DNA of 64,000 bases from Stegostoma tigrinum. Taxonomy: Eukaryota. Below, one piece after another: positions 25,401 through 36,959 of the stretch. The DNA lies in assembly GCF_030684315.1 (NCBI RefSeq), contig NC_081376.1, positions 11,939,049 to 12,003,048 of the forward strand, read 5' to 3'. A model generated the notes under the pieces. That model ran no database searches and was not told where the DNA came from. It was given only the letters and a program-made list of their open reading frames with translations. The position numbers and the translations under genes were made by a program. The stretch's first letter is position 1. Each line of letters opens with the position of its first letter.

Positions 25401-28400
25401 TTCCCTTGTCTCTCCGTCTCTCTTCTTTCTCTGTCTGCCTTCTTTCTAACTCTACCTTGCTCTTTTTCTCATTTTCCATACTTTCTCTTTCTTTTCCCAT
25501 TCTGTCTCCCTTCCTCCACACTATAGCAAAGATTGGGTCTTGATATGAGATGAGCAGGTAAATGAGACCTGTCTCGGTCTGTTAGGTGCTCGGTCTGCAA
25601 CACAATGTGCTGTTTCAACAAACCCGTTTTTAGTTTGGTTTAAACCAGATCCCAGAACTGACTGGGTGAGAGAAGGTGTGAATTCTCTGCAGTTTTAGGT
25701 CAGAATGACCATGCTTCTGTAAAAGAGAGTGACATTAATTCTGTACACAACAGAGATAGTGACAAGATAGTGGCAACTTTGAAAGAATAATTTTCTTGCT
25801 TTTGTCTACACCACCAGAAAACCAAATCTAGAATACCTGGAGACATAACTTGCTGACCCTTGCCAAACCTTTTCGGTAAATTATCTCAAGAGTTCCCTAG
25901 GATTACTGGATGTTTCAGCAGAGACAGGAATAGCCAGTGGATATGTGGACCTGTCGCAGCTGGGGAGAGACAACAATTCAAAGGGGTAGAAAATGGGATA
26001 CGCCACAGATCAGGGTGGGAAACAAGATTCAAATGAATCTCATGAAGTTCAATAAGATTACAAGCTCTGTAAAAGAATTCATTGATGCACAGGGCAGGTG
26101 ATGTCCTTTGAAGATATGTCACTGGTTTCCACCGCTTGCACCGCAGCCAGGTTTTTGGGGGTCAGACTCTGTGAACTAACCTCAGAGAGCACCTGATCCC
26201 CATCCCCTTCTTCAGGTCAAATATAGCCAACGCCTTCAGCATCACGTCCGCAAATGCGGGGGGAGCCCTATCTGTGGGTGTCCTGTGGCTCCACTTGCTA
26301 TGTTATAGCTCCAGGCCCAGCCTTTCAGAGAGGGAATTAGCAGTTTCTGTTGACTGAGGGCAGCTCCTTTTGAAGACGGGAGAGCTGGCCCGGCCAGCTG
26401 TGCATCCACACATGTAAGCCGAGACCCTTTGCTGAGAACACTGTCAGGGAGCAGCAGCATGGTCTTCAAAGTCCCCATTTAACATTGCCACATATTACAT
26501 TGCTTTATTTTAACATCAGTTACATTTAGAGTCATAGAGATATACAGCACGGAAACAGAACCTTCGGGCCCGTGCATCCATGCCGATCAGATATCCTTTA
26601 TAAGTGTAGTCCCATTTGCATCATTTGGCCCATATCCCTCCAAACCCTTCCTTTTCATATACCCATCCAGATACTTTTTAAATGCTGCAATCATGGTGGA
26701 GGCTGGGCTTGGAGCTATAACGTGGCAAATGGACACCCAAAGAGAGGACTCCTACATTGAAGGTATTGGCTATATTTGACCTGAAGAAAGGGACAGGGAT
26801 CAAGTGCTCTGCGAGGTTAGTTCACAAAGTCTGACCCCAAATCCCTGGCTGTGGTGCAAGTGGTCGATACCAGTGACATATCTTCAAAGGACATCAGCTG
26901 ACCCACGTATCAATGACTCCTCTCACACTTTGTCATGCACCACCCTTCCAGCACTCAGCAGCAGGAAAAGACTCCAGTTCAGCCCTTAGGCAGTCCAGGC
27001 CTCTCTTCCTCGCCTTACAATGTTGCCAGCCTTACAATCACCTCTGACCACCCATCTACAAACCTCCAGGGGAGGCACAAGACAATACAACACACCCATC
27101 AAAGTTCCACCCTCCTCTTGCTTGTCAAGATGACCTACAATGAAAACAACATAAAACCACTTAGGGAAGAGATACAATTGCATTCTTGAGCTGTCCTGAA
27201 GTCATATTGCTCCACAGCATAAAGCCGGCTATGACTCAGATGCATTTTTAGATTTTGAAGACATCAAGGAACATAGGAGTATAGCATTGAGTTAGAGGAT
27301 TAGCCATGATCGTGCTGAATGTTCCAGCAGGCTCAAAAGGCTGAATGGCCTATTCCTCTTCTGGTTTCTATTGCACCCAACTTGACCGCAAATGCTGACA
27401 ATGGCATTATATTCCTGCTTTACGCACCTTTTCAAATCCCTCATCACGCTCATCCTGCAATCTGCCATGAAGTGGAAATCACTGCTGATCGGAACTTGAG
27501 CTTTCTTCCCTCCATCCCAGCTCACACGTCCACCCGTCCCACACCTCCCCACCAACGTCAAGACATAGCAGCAGAAGTAGGCTATTCAGCCCATCGAGTC
27601 TGCTGTGCCATCCAATGAGATCATAGCTGATCTGATAATCCTCAATGTCACTTTCCTGCTTTTTGCCCAAAACGCACTGGATTTCCTATCGATTAAAAAT
27701 CTGTCTGTCACAGCCCTGAAAATACTTTAAGAGCCAGCCTCCACAGCTCTCTGTGGTAGAGAATTGCACAGATTCATTACTCTCTGAGGAAAGAAATTTA
27801 TCCTCAGCTGCCTTAAATAAGCAACTCCTTATTCTGAGATTTTGCACTCTGGTCCTAGACTCTCTACACAAGGGGAAACACCCTTTCTACACCTACCTTA
27901 TCAAGTCCTCTAAAAATCTTGTATGTGTCAATAAGGTCTCCTCGCAGTCTTCTAAACTGCAATGAGTACAGGCTCAATCTACGCCACCTTTCCCATTAGG
28001 ACTGTCTCTGCACCGAGAATCATCCTAATGAACCCTCTCTGGACTATCTCCAACACCAGTATATCATTTCTTAGATAGAGGAATCAAATCAGTTCCCAGT
28101 ATTCCAGCTGTGGTCGGCTGAGAGCATTGTACAGTTTTAGCAAGACCTCTCTGTTTTTATATCTCATTCCCTTCGAAATAAAGACCAACATTCCATTTAC
28201 CTTCCCTTTTAGCAAGTGAACTTTTGTGATTCCTGAGCAAAGACTCCTAAATCCTTCTGCTCTGTAGCTTTCTGAAGTCTTTCTCCATATAAATAATTTT
28301 CAGCTCCTCTCTTCTTCCTTCCAAAGTGCATAACTTTACATGTTCCCCATGCTATATTTTACCTACCAAGATTTTGTCACTCACTTAATCTGTCTGTATC

Positions 28401-31073
28401 CCCTTGCAGACTCTGTGTCATCCTCACCACTTGCCTTCCCACCTATTTTTGCATCACCCTTGGCTATAGTACATTCATTTTCCCTATCCAATTCATGAAT
28501 ATATATTGTAATTAATTGAGGCCCATGCACTGATCTCTACAGCACACCACTATGGACCTACTGCCATGGGTGACCCTACCGGGAGCAAGCTGCCAATAAC
28601 ATCACTCGAGGGATCATCAGAACACGCAATCCTCTCCATCACAGACAGGCAGCAATCCTTGGAGGGAACATTGCCCTGTGGGCCAGCTGTCCTCTGCTGG
28701 AGTGACAGTACTTGTGCCCCTGCCATTGCCACTCCATCAGTGTTTAAACTTTTAGCAAAGATTTGCAGCTCAGGTTGTGGGTGAAGTTGTTGGCTTGCTT
28801 GCCAAGCTGGCTTGTTTTTGTTCAGATGTTTCATCACCATGCTCGGTGACATCATCAGTGGACTCTCTGATGAAGCGATGTTATTTCTACTCTGCTCGGA
28901 ATTTATACTGTCTGGTCCGTTATGGTGAGTAGCATCATTTCTCGTTTTGTTCTATATGGGTTTAGCAATGGGATCCAATTCCATATGTTTGTTGATCGCA
29001 TTATGGGTTGAGACCATGACTCTAGGAATTCCCATGTGTGTCTAGGTTTGGCTTGGCTACTATATTTATGTTGTCCCAGTTAAACTGATGGCCTTCCTTG
29101 TCTGAATGTACTGATATTAAGGAAGGGTTATAGTGTCATTTTGCTGCTAGCTGGTGTTCACATATTCTGACAGTTTCCTTCTTGTCCGTTTGATGTAATG
29201 TTTGTGGCAGTTGTTGCATGGTATTTTATAAACTATACCCAAGCCAAACATAGATCTGCACAGGAATACCTAGAGGCATGATTCTCAACGCATAAGGCAA
29301 TCAACAAACGTATAGAATTGGACCCCACATATAAACCCATATAGAACAAAACTGGAAATGACAGTACTCACCATAACAGACCGGACAGTGTAAATTCCAA
29401 GAGGATTAGAGCAACATCGCTTCATTGGAGGGCTCACTGATGATGTTGTACAGCGTGGTGAAGAAATGTCTGAACGAAAACAACCCAGCTTGGCCAACAA
29501 GTCATCAACCTCACTCCATCAGTGCCTTTGCTGTTCGGCCATCGATCAGCCAGCACCAGCTCCTACCATTCCTGTCAAGGTGGAGCATTCCGTGACTAAA
29601 TTACCTTCCTTCAGACCAAGAGCAGCTTCAGCTCAAACTGAAAAGTCATCTGCAGCTTCCCCCAGTAAAGTCTTTGCCAGTTGTGCTGCACTCACTGGTT
29701 AGCACTTTATGGAAAACACTGTCTACATGCCAAACAGGGAATGCACATACATTTGGAAATATTTTGTGCAAATGTGCAACAGAACATTTTTCCCCCAACT
29801 TACCAGTTGAGCACGCAAAACAGTCAAAAACAAACCTGTAAATGAAATATCAAAACCATATGTTAAAGGAAATCCCCACAAGTTATTTGTTCATCACAAT
29901 ACATAGTTCAAATTCAAGTGCAGCATCTGATTGTTGTGACAAGTCAAAGTTGAAAAAGAATGCAAATAAAACACTGCGGGGGCTTGAAATTTGAAACAAA
30001 CAGAATGCTAGAGAAACTCAGCAGATTTGGCAACATCTGTGGAGAGAGAAACAGAGTTAACATTTTGAGTCCGAAACAGTCACACCAGGTTCAAAACATT
30101 GTTTCCATTTGTCTCTCTCCACAGATGCTGCCAGAGTTGCTGAATTTCTCTAGCATTCTCTACGCTTCAAATAGGAAAAAAAAAGACTGATTCCAGTTGC
30201 CTAACACAATACTGAACATCTGCAATTTTATGGAGAAGGTGCAGAATGCACTCTGACCAAGGGAAAGTGATTAAAGTTACATCGACCTGTAATTACACAG
30301 TCAGTACTGTTGCAATACTCAGAGTGAATCACTTGAAGATTACGCAAAACTGCAAAATGCTTCAACAGCTTCGAGTGCAATCAAATCAAAAGACACCATT
30401 AATTATTTTAAGTAAAAATCGAAAGAACCGTGAGGGTGTAAATCAGAAACAAAAACAGAAATTGCTGGAAAGGCTCAGCAGATCTAAGGTCACTGGACCT
30501 GATACATTAACCCTGCTTCCAGATCTGCTGAGCTTTTCCAGCACCTACTGTCTTTGTGCCATTGATTATTTCAGCCTTCATTCCTACCAAATTTTCCATG
30601 GAAATTTTTTCTAATCAAAGTGAAAGAATCTTTGAACAGAGAACTCTCAAATCTCTGAAGTGTAGAATTCCACAATTTCAATTGCTTTGATGATAGATTT
30701 AATTTGTTTTCTTAATTTTTGTTTGTGGTATTGAGTTATAACTGTAGGATTTCTTTAGTCTGTTGAAAAACCAAGTTTAATACCTGTTGGCTCTAACTGA
30801 GTCTGGCCACTGAGAAGACCCTTTTCTATCAGATTTTGAACACAGTTGTTGGTCTGTCAGGCAGTTTTCTTTATGGCATGTAGGGGACTGCGTGTCAAAG
30901 CAGAGAAACAAGCCCAATCTAAAATGCATCAATTTATTTCACACCTACTACCTCCTGTAAGTTACAGACAATTTCTGAAGGTTAAACAGCCAAAGAATTG
31001 ACTTACCAATGACGACAAATGTCATCAACTTCACTGGAAAAGTCCAGTTAAGAACTGGTGTATTCCAACTCAT
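7372..31073 (-). CDS. msln: Mesothelin-like GPI-anchored protein, copy A (10 coding exons, 378 aa, no MPF domain)
   Basis: Coding exons on the minus strand: 31007-31073, 29804-29835, 22851-22920, 18179-18360, 15718-15864, 12283-12416, 11626-11759, 11334-11428, 10346-10532, 7372-7460. All introns are GT-AG with compatible phases; total 1137 nt with no internal stop. Peptides YSPSQLDAC, GLPEERIRQLG, GGAQVSDLQHLA, LTAENIRDLLG and SLGLGLRGGISP align by eye with mature human mesothelin (YKKWELEAC, GYPESVIQHLG, GGAPTEDLKALS, LTVAEVQKLLG, TLGLGLQGGIP). Orthology to MSLN versus MSLNL is not resolved. Confidence 0.9.
7503..7717. mobile_element. Short Penelope-derived fold-back element with 11-bp TSD
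   Basis: Internal palindrome centred near 7625; CAATATTCCTC at 7492-7502 and 7718-7728. Confidence 0.75.
10346..10532 (-). CDS. Copy A penultimate exon (KLTAENIRDLLG...NFALQE)
   Basis: 187 nt, ttttcag|...|gtaagt, in ORF 10338..10553. Confidence 0.93.
11334..11428 (-). CDS. Copy A exon (GAQVSDLQ...PVEVE)
   Basis: 95 nt, phase 1->0, donor gtgagt. Confidence 0.92.
11626..11759 (-). CDS. Copy A exon (KAKPLNISTC...KPYIG)
   Basis: 134 nt, ttgcag|...|gtaagc, in ORF 11600..11863. Confidence 0.92.
12283..12416 (-). CDS. Copy A exon (TKAIIANYLQRSG...PSELK)
   Basis: 134 nt, ttttag|...|gtgagt. Confidence 0.92.
13350..14750. mobile_element. Two decayed CR1 3' fragments, tail-to-tail (+13350-14090, -14100-14750)
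   Basis: Degenerate similarity to the 3' part of the 23580-25272 CR1 (e.g. YRTLVRPHLD in ORF 14420..14683). Confidence 0.7.
15718..15864 (-). CDS. Copy A exon (IYVNGLPEE...SPNLNT)
   Basis: 147 nt, phase 0->0, in ORF 15622..15873. Confidence 0.92.
17389..17416. repeat. (CT)n microsatellite
   Basis: About 13 CT units with one interruption. Confidence 0.8.
18179..18360 (-). CDS. Copy A exon, N-terminus of mature mesothelin (DCTMG...KLGE)
   Basis: 182 nt, AG/GT, lies in ORF 18116..18352; two conserved Cys. Confidence 0.92.
18411..18690 (+). mobile_element. HE1-type V-SINE
   Basis: tRNA-like head GTGGCTCAGTGGTTAGCA...GGTTTGATTCC followed by TGTGTGGAGTTTGCA...CCCCTGTGTCTGCGTG V-domain. Confidence 0.8.
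19400..19970 (+). mobile_element. Decayed CR1 3' fragment
   Basis: RRNVFTQTVVRLWNSLPQKAVE in ORF 19650..19862, plus CR1 3' UTR. Confidence 0.75.
20631..20837. mobile_element. Short Penelope-derived fold-back element, second family
   Basis: Palindromic; flanks 20617-20630 and 20838-20851 form a 14-bp direct repeat with 2 mismatches; CTGAGGA-AGGGTCACTGGGCCC-GAAA on minus strand. Confidence 0.7.
22851..22920 (-). CDS. Copy A pro-piece/furin exon (GVGENMSQSSSQMVSKRRMRRAT)
   Basis: ctgcag|...|gtgagt, 70 nt, phase 0->1; R-X-R-R furin consensus; counterpart in copy B at 50703-50772. Confidence 0.82.
23580..25272 (+). mobile_element. 5'-truncated young CR1-clade LINE with open reverse transcriptase frame
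   Basis: ORF 23572..25002 with KSPGPDG, YRPVSLTS, GVPQGSVLGPLLF, KFADDTK and HLEYCVQFWSP motifs; ends in a TTCTATG-type tail; lies antisense in an intron of copy A. Confidence 0.95.
26078..26916. repeat. Older inverted repeat (~26078-26323 / ~26700-26916)
   Basis: Collinear reverse-complement blocks (GATGTCCTTTGAAGATATGTCACTGG, TTCTTCAGGTCAAATATAGCCAA, TTATAGCTCCA). Confidence 0.85.
27560..28550 (-). mobile_element. Decayed CR1 3' fragment
   Basis: Reverse-strand similarity to CR1 RT C-terminus and 3' UTR. Confidence 0.65.
28743..29511. mobile_element. Penelope-like inverted (tail-to-tail) insertion with 13-bp TSD
   Basis: Arms ~28780-29060 and ~29235-29510 are reverse complements; flanked by CACTCCATCAGTG at 28730-28742 and 29512-29524; hammerhead-like core on minus strand at 28823-28860. 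Confidence 0.8.
29804..29835 (-). CDS. Copy A 32-nt exon (GLFLTVLRAQL), end of signal peptide
   Basis: tttacag|...|gtaagt, phase 1->0; same length and similar sequence in copy B (51495-51526). Confidence 0.78.
31007..31073 (-). CDS. Copy A first coding exon (MSWNTPVLNWTFPVKLMTFVVI), signal peptide start; whole exon 31007-31123
   Basis: Acceptor cctttttacag, ATG at 31073, donor G|gtaagt; homologous to copy B exon 52782-52888. Confidence 0.75.
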
Positions 31074-33143
31074 TGCTGGTCAAATCTGACACTTTCCAAA
31101 ACCAGAAACAACTTCAGACTTTTCTGTAAAAAGGATTAAGAATCTTAACTATCATACAGATGAGTGAAATGCAAAGTCTTAGAATTTCATCACTCATAAA
31201 ATAATGGCTGGGAGGCCAAGTGAAACCCAACTGCATGCATCATGTTATGTTTGTGTTTCTGTTTCCTGTTATTGTGACTACCTGAAGCAATGTGTATCAT
31301 CTACTGGATGCACTGCAGCAACTCACCCAGGGTCCTTCAACAACACCATCCTAAAGCAGGTCATCCACCACCTAGAAAGACAAGAGCAGCAGATGCATGT
31401 GGGAGCACTGTAACCTGTACGCTCCCCTTCAGGCTTTTTGCCATTCTAGCCTGAAAATATATCATTGGGTCCAAATTCTGAAGGTAATAATACTGAAAAT
31501 GTTCTTAAACCTCCAAAGACTACAGCAGTTCAAGAGTGCCGCACACCACCACCAATAACTCGAAAGCAGTTAGGGATGGGCCATAAAATGATGCTCTAGC
31601 TAGTGATATGCAAAATAGAACACAGAGGCTACACAGTGATGGGAAGAAGTGCTGTCAATCAATTGTTCCTCACACCACTTTCAGCTTTTTGAAAATCATT
31701 GAAAAATTCTGGGTTTCTTTACAGAATAATCTTAGATTAAGATCCTTTTCTTAGTTAATAATTGTATTACAATCAATTGGCTGTAACTTCCTGTGTCACC
31801 ACTGGATTTTTTGGATTCACAAGGTCAGGTTAATTTGATACTGAGCCAGTTCTGTCACTGTATACCAAGTTCCCTTTCAATATGAGATGTTCATGACAAT
31901 TTAGCTGAAAATAATAACTGGAGCTGAAGAAAGAAAATGACCCAGATAGACCAGCCTATTGTCCACACAAAGAGAATAAAACCCTTGTGAATCTGAGATT
32001 AAATCATCATGCACTTACACAACAGAACTGTCACTCACAATGAGAAAGGGCAAGCTAGCATTTTAGGCCGGATTTCAAATCTGGTAAGTGGGAGAGGTTT
32101 GAATAAATAACAAGAAAATTGCTTTCCATCTAATCTCAAAGATTTTACATCCTAAAAGGAGTTGTTTCTCTTTATTTCTGGGATTATCATTTAATTAAGG
32201 TAGAGAAAATATATCAAAGACAGTTATTAAAAGTGAACACTGAAACCATTACACAGTCCAAGTTGTTTAAAAGAAAAAGATTTTCGACAGTGCGATACTG
32301 ATAAACAGGTTGAAGCTACACTAAGCTCCTTAGCAGAGATTTGTTTAACACTTACACATTAAGTATCCCACCATGCGCAGTTCCTTCCGTTATAATAAAT
32401 TGAGATAAAATTCAGACAGTTTTATAAAATGCATACAAACGTCCCCCATCACGCTTTTGATTCTGTGCTCAGTTTATGCCCAAAGATTATACCCTTATGA
32501 AGGTAAAAGTTGACATAGCCTTACCAGACCATAGGACTGCTTTCTCATTAAAGAGAGATAACTTGTGGTGGTTTAGCCTGAGGATCACAACATCTCAGGC
32601 AAGTAGAGAGGTTAAGGAGAGTCCTTTGTTGTACCTCAGACCCTGCAGAAATTGAACCCACACTGTTGTCATTATTCTGCATCAAAGGCCATATATCAAA
32701 CAATAGACCGTGCCGCCAGGCACTATAGGATAATTGAAGCCCTGATTTAAACAGGTAACCCATACCATAATATTTTCCATTAGTCATGTTGAACATGTTT
32801 TACTGAGTGCATAAAAAATTGTAAAGGTTCCTTCGGAGGATTAGTTTCCTACAAATTACAATCTTTTGGAGAAGTGCAGCCTGACAAGTGAAGATTATGT
32901 CTACAATGTTGGAGAAGGTGGTAGATATATATTAATACACTGAGATGTTTCTCAGCTGTCTGAAAGTTCAGCTCCACAGAATATATCAAAAGCAAGCTTA
33001 AAAGTGGAATTATGCTGTAGCTGACAGCAGTACTGTGTGAAAATATTCCCATTAATCCCAAAAGAAAATTCCACACTTGCCATTTTAATATAAGATTGTC
33101 AATTTTAAGTAAATAGAAGGAAAACTAAATCTTGACAACTAAC

Positions 33144-33264
33144 CTCTTGTCTTGAGGGCAGCCGGCTGAGCTCTGCAGAGAGTGAGAGTGAAGAGAAGGC
33201 TGAAGACTTGTTGCTGTAGCTAACTTGTTACAAATTCTCTTTATACTGAATTTCAGGTGTGGTT
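33144..33264 (-). promoter_or_regulatory. Putative TATA promoter and non-coding exon 1 of copy A
   Basis: TATAAA at 33240-33245 (minus), donor AG|gttagt at 33144/33143, and a 30-nt block (33148-33177) matching copy B 55465-55494 at 22/30 ungapped. Confidence 0.5.
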
Positions 33265-34559
33265 TATACTTCTTCGTGGATGTAATCTACACTTCAGAGC
33301 ACTCAGAGATAACAGTGCAACACACCTTCACGTCTGAAGGGCTGGTCCACACTCCCAGGATATTCGTTATTTTTGGCATTCAGATAATTACAGGCCTAAC
33401 AATTTTCCTTCAAAGTAATTAAATGTCACATTTTATTGTTTGTAGTCTGTATTTTATTACTTTCCCTCACTTCCAGTTTCCATGATAACAAACATGATCA
33501 GCACCAAGGACACAGCTGATGGCTGTTCTTACAAAACTTCTGAACACACTCTTCAGTTTTTCTCATATCCATTATCTCACTGATTACATCAAATACTGAG
33601 GCATAGAAACTGGCCATTCAGCACTCCACCCACCACCAATGCTCAGTAGCTGCAGTGTGTACTTTCTAGAAGATGCACTGCAAAAACTCAACAAAAATCT
33701 CAGACAACACCTTCCAAACCCATGATCACTTCCATCTAGAAGGCCAAGGGCAACAGGTATATGGTAACACCATCACGTCCAAGTTCCCCTCCAAGCCACT
33801 GATCATCTTGACTTGGAAATATATCACCATTCCTTCACTGTCACTGGGTCAAAATCCTGGAATTCCCTCCCTAATAGCATTCTCGGTGAACCCACAGCTG
33901 GAGGACTGCAGCAGTTCAAGAAGGCAGCTCAGCACCACCTTCTCAAGGGCATCTAGGGATGGGCAAGGAATGCTGGATGCCCAAACCCACAAATGAAAGA
34001 AAAGCCCAAATGGTCTACATCAGCGATTATGCTCCATACTCCGTGGACACAATCTTAGAAAGGCCTGAAGGACATGGAGAGAATTTAGTGAGACCTATCA
34101 CGACTTCAGGAACAATTCGCTGCTTCTGTTAACTTAATTCCAAACATGGAAGACAGAATCTCACCAGGCAGTAGCAAGTTGCCTCTCAACAGGGGCTATT
34201 GCTTGTTAACAACCTTATTACCTGCACATTAATGTGCAGCTTTCTATGCTGCCGACAGCAAACTAGACACTGGGAATTCTCGACATGAGCATCAGGGAGG
34301 GTTCCTGGTGCCTTCAGCTCGCCACTTCTTCAGTGGGTCTCCATGTTGCACAGCATCAAGCAGCATCGCAGGGTGCAGTCAACAGTCACCAGCTGTACAC
34401 ACACCCACCTCAACTACAAATCCGGTAATTGTCAATCATGATCCTCATGGCACCTCTCCAATCCACTTGCAGGACAATTAGGAAGTTGCATTTCAGGGTG
34501 CACCAGCAACTCACATTGATTGGCTGCTGCAAGGATGGTCCACCAGCTCTTGGATTTTC

Positions 34560-34917
34560 ATAGAATCGTCAAATCCCTACAGTGCGGAAGCAGGCCATTC
34601 AACCCATGAGTCCAGACCATCCCTCTGAAGAGCATCCCACCCAGATCCACTCCCCCACCTCCTCTCGCTGTAATTCTGCGCTTCCCATAGCTAACCCACC
34701 CTGGCCTGCACACCCCTGGACACTACGGGCAGCTTAGCATGGCCAATCCACCTAACCTGCATATCTTTGGACTGCGGGAGTGAACCAGAGCACCCCGAGG
34801 AAACATTCCCCCAGGGAGAAGTGCAGACTCTATAAAGATGATTATCTGAGGGTGGAATTGAACCTGGGTCCCTGGCACTGTGAAGTGGCAGTGCTAACCA
34901 CTGACCCACACTGCCAC
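34560..34917 (-). mobile_element. HE1-type V-SINE
   Basis: Reverse complement of the same head, V-domain and CR1-like tail. Confidence 0.75.
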
Positions 34918-35019
34918 CGGGATTTTGCCAGGTTGTAGCTCAGGCCTGTTGGCTTGCTGTTTGCTGCACCTACCCACACTCTCACAGCAACTCTGCCTAG
35001 CCATTCCTTGCAGTCATGC

Positions 35020-35735
35020 AGTCAAGTTCTCTACATTGGGGAAACCAAGCGGAGGCTTGGGGACCGCTTTGCAGAACACCTCCGCTCAGTTCGCAACAAA
35101 CAACTGCACCTCCCAGTCGCAAACCATTTCCACTCCCCCTCCCATTCTCTTGATGACATGTCCATCATGGGCCTCCTGCACTGCCACAATGATGCCACCC
35201 GAAGGTTGCAGGAACAGCAACTCATATTCCGCCTGGGAACCCTGCAGCCATATGGTGTCAATGTGGACTTCACCAGTTTCAAAATCTCCCCTTCCCCCAC
35301 TGCATCCCTAAACCAGCCCAGTTCATCCCCTCCCCCCACTGCACCACACAACCAGCCCAGCTCTTCCCCCCCACCCACTGCATCCCAAAACCAGTCCAAC
35401 CTGTCTCTGCCTCCCTAACCGGTTCTTCCTCTCACCCATCCCTTCCTCCCACCCCAAGCCGCACCCCCAGCTACCTACTAACCTCATCTCACCTCCTTGA
35501 CCTGTCCGTCTTCCCTGGACTGACCTATCCCCTCCCTACCTCCCCACCTACACCCTCTCCACCTATCTTCTTTGCTCTCCATCTTCGGTCCGCCTCCCCC
35601 TCTCTCCCTATTTATTCCAGTTCCCTCCCCCCATCCCCCTCTCTGATGAAGGGTCTAGGCCCGAAACGTCAGCTTTTGTGCTCCTGAGATGCTGCTTGGC
35701 CTGCTGTGTGCATCCAGCCTCACATTTTATTATCT
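35020..35735 (+). mobile_element. Penelope-like element 3' fragment: GIY-YIG endonuclease plus pLTR with hammerhead-like motif
   Basis: ORF 34954..35418 contains LYIGETKRRLGDRFAEH...VANHF...LQEQQLIFRLGTLQPYGVN; CTGATGA-AGGGTCTAGGCCC-GAAACGTC at 35643-35670. Confidence 0.88.
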
Positions 35736-36959
35736 AAGAAGCTGGCTTTGCTGGTCAGCAATCTCCACCATATGGCAGTGTGCTCTTTCAATCCCATACC
35801 AGCATCAAGCACCAGTTGCTTCCCCAGCAAGCACAGTGCACATGCGGCAAAACCAGTCAATCATGCCTCAAAGTTTTTAGAGGAGTAGTGCTCATTGAAG
35901 CCAATAGAAGCAGCCATTCATGAGGGGTCGTGGCCCAGTGCATCAAGAGCAGCATCCCTGAACCAGTCCAAGGGATCAGCTATGTTTCAACAGCTGGGCA
36001 GGGAGGTCTTAGTTAAGAGGTCTGTGCATTTGCAATCCAGGGCATGGGGCACCGTCAGTCTAGTGGCTCCATAGTTCCTGTCGTTGGGTACGGGTTTAGG
36101 GGCTTATGCAGTCAGGGAGATGGAGAGACAACTGTCAGGATTCTGGGCCAATCTCGCCCAGGGTTTTCTGTAGTTTTAATCAAACAGTTTGGAGATGTTA
36201 GGACACACACCACCCCACCCCAGAGCAGATGGAAATTGAACCCAGGCTGCCTGGTGCAGAGGTAGGGATGCTACTAGTCTACCACAACAGCCCAAGCCCA
36301 GGACTGTCCTGCTCTGAAGAAGAATTATACTGGACTCAAAACTCAGCTTCTCTCTCCACAGGTGCTGCCACTCCTGCTGAATTTCTACAGCATGCTCTGT
36401 TTCTGCAGTGATTTGCTTCAATACGATAAAAATGGATGGAGTAGAGAAATGCAGGAGAGGAATCATCCATAGTCAGGAGCTCCTTGGCTATTGGTGGGGG
36501 GGGGGGCGGCATGCTTGGCAGTACATGACCACACTTAGATTGGATACACCAGGGTCTGGGTGGGGGTAAGGTGGGTAGGTGAGGACTCACAGAGATGGTT
36601 TGGGTGGACACCTGTGGCGATGCAGAAGGGGCTACCAGGAGGCTGAGGGTCTCATCAGCATGTAGAAGCAGAGGCTAAAACCAAGCCCCCTCCCATAATG
36701 AACTCTCAGTCATCTTCCATCATTCCAAAAATTAAAACTACACAACAGCAAGGAAACCAGCTGCGACCCCACCTGGAGCAGGTGGGCTATGTGACTCGAC
36801 CTGTGAAGGAGGGTATCTGCAATTCCAACCAATTTGAGGACCTTGTAGAGGCAAGAACATTTTATACAGTCCCTTGCATCGTATAGTGCACAAATCTTTA
36901 GGCTTCCAAATCTCCGGCAACCTTATCACTCTCTGGGTGCTGTACACCTCACTGTCCCA

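Noticed and set aside
35290-35400. Three ~41-bp tandem units resembling a CRISPR-like array
   Set aside because: No unique spacers; an internal C-rich tandem repeat in the Penelope 3' region of a vertebrate genome.
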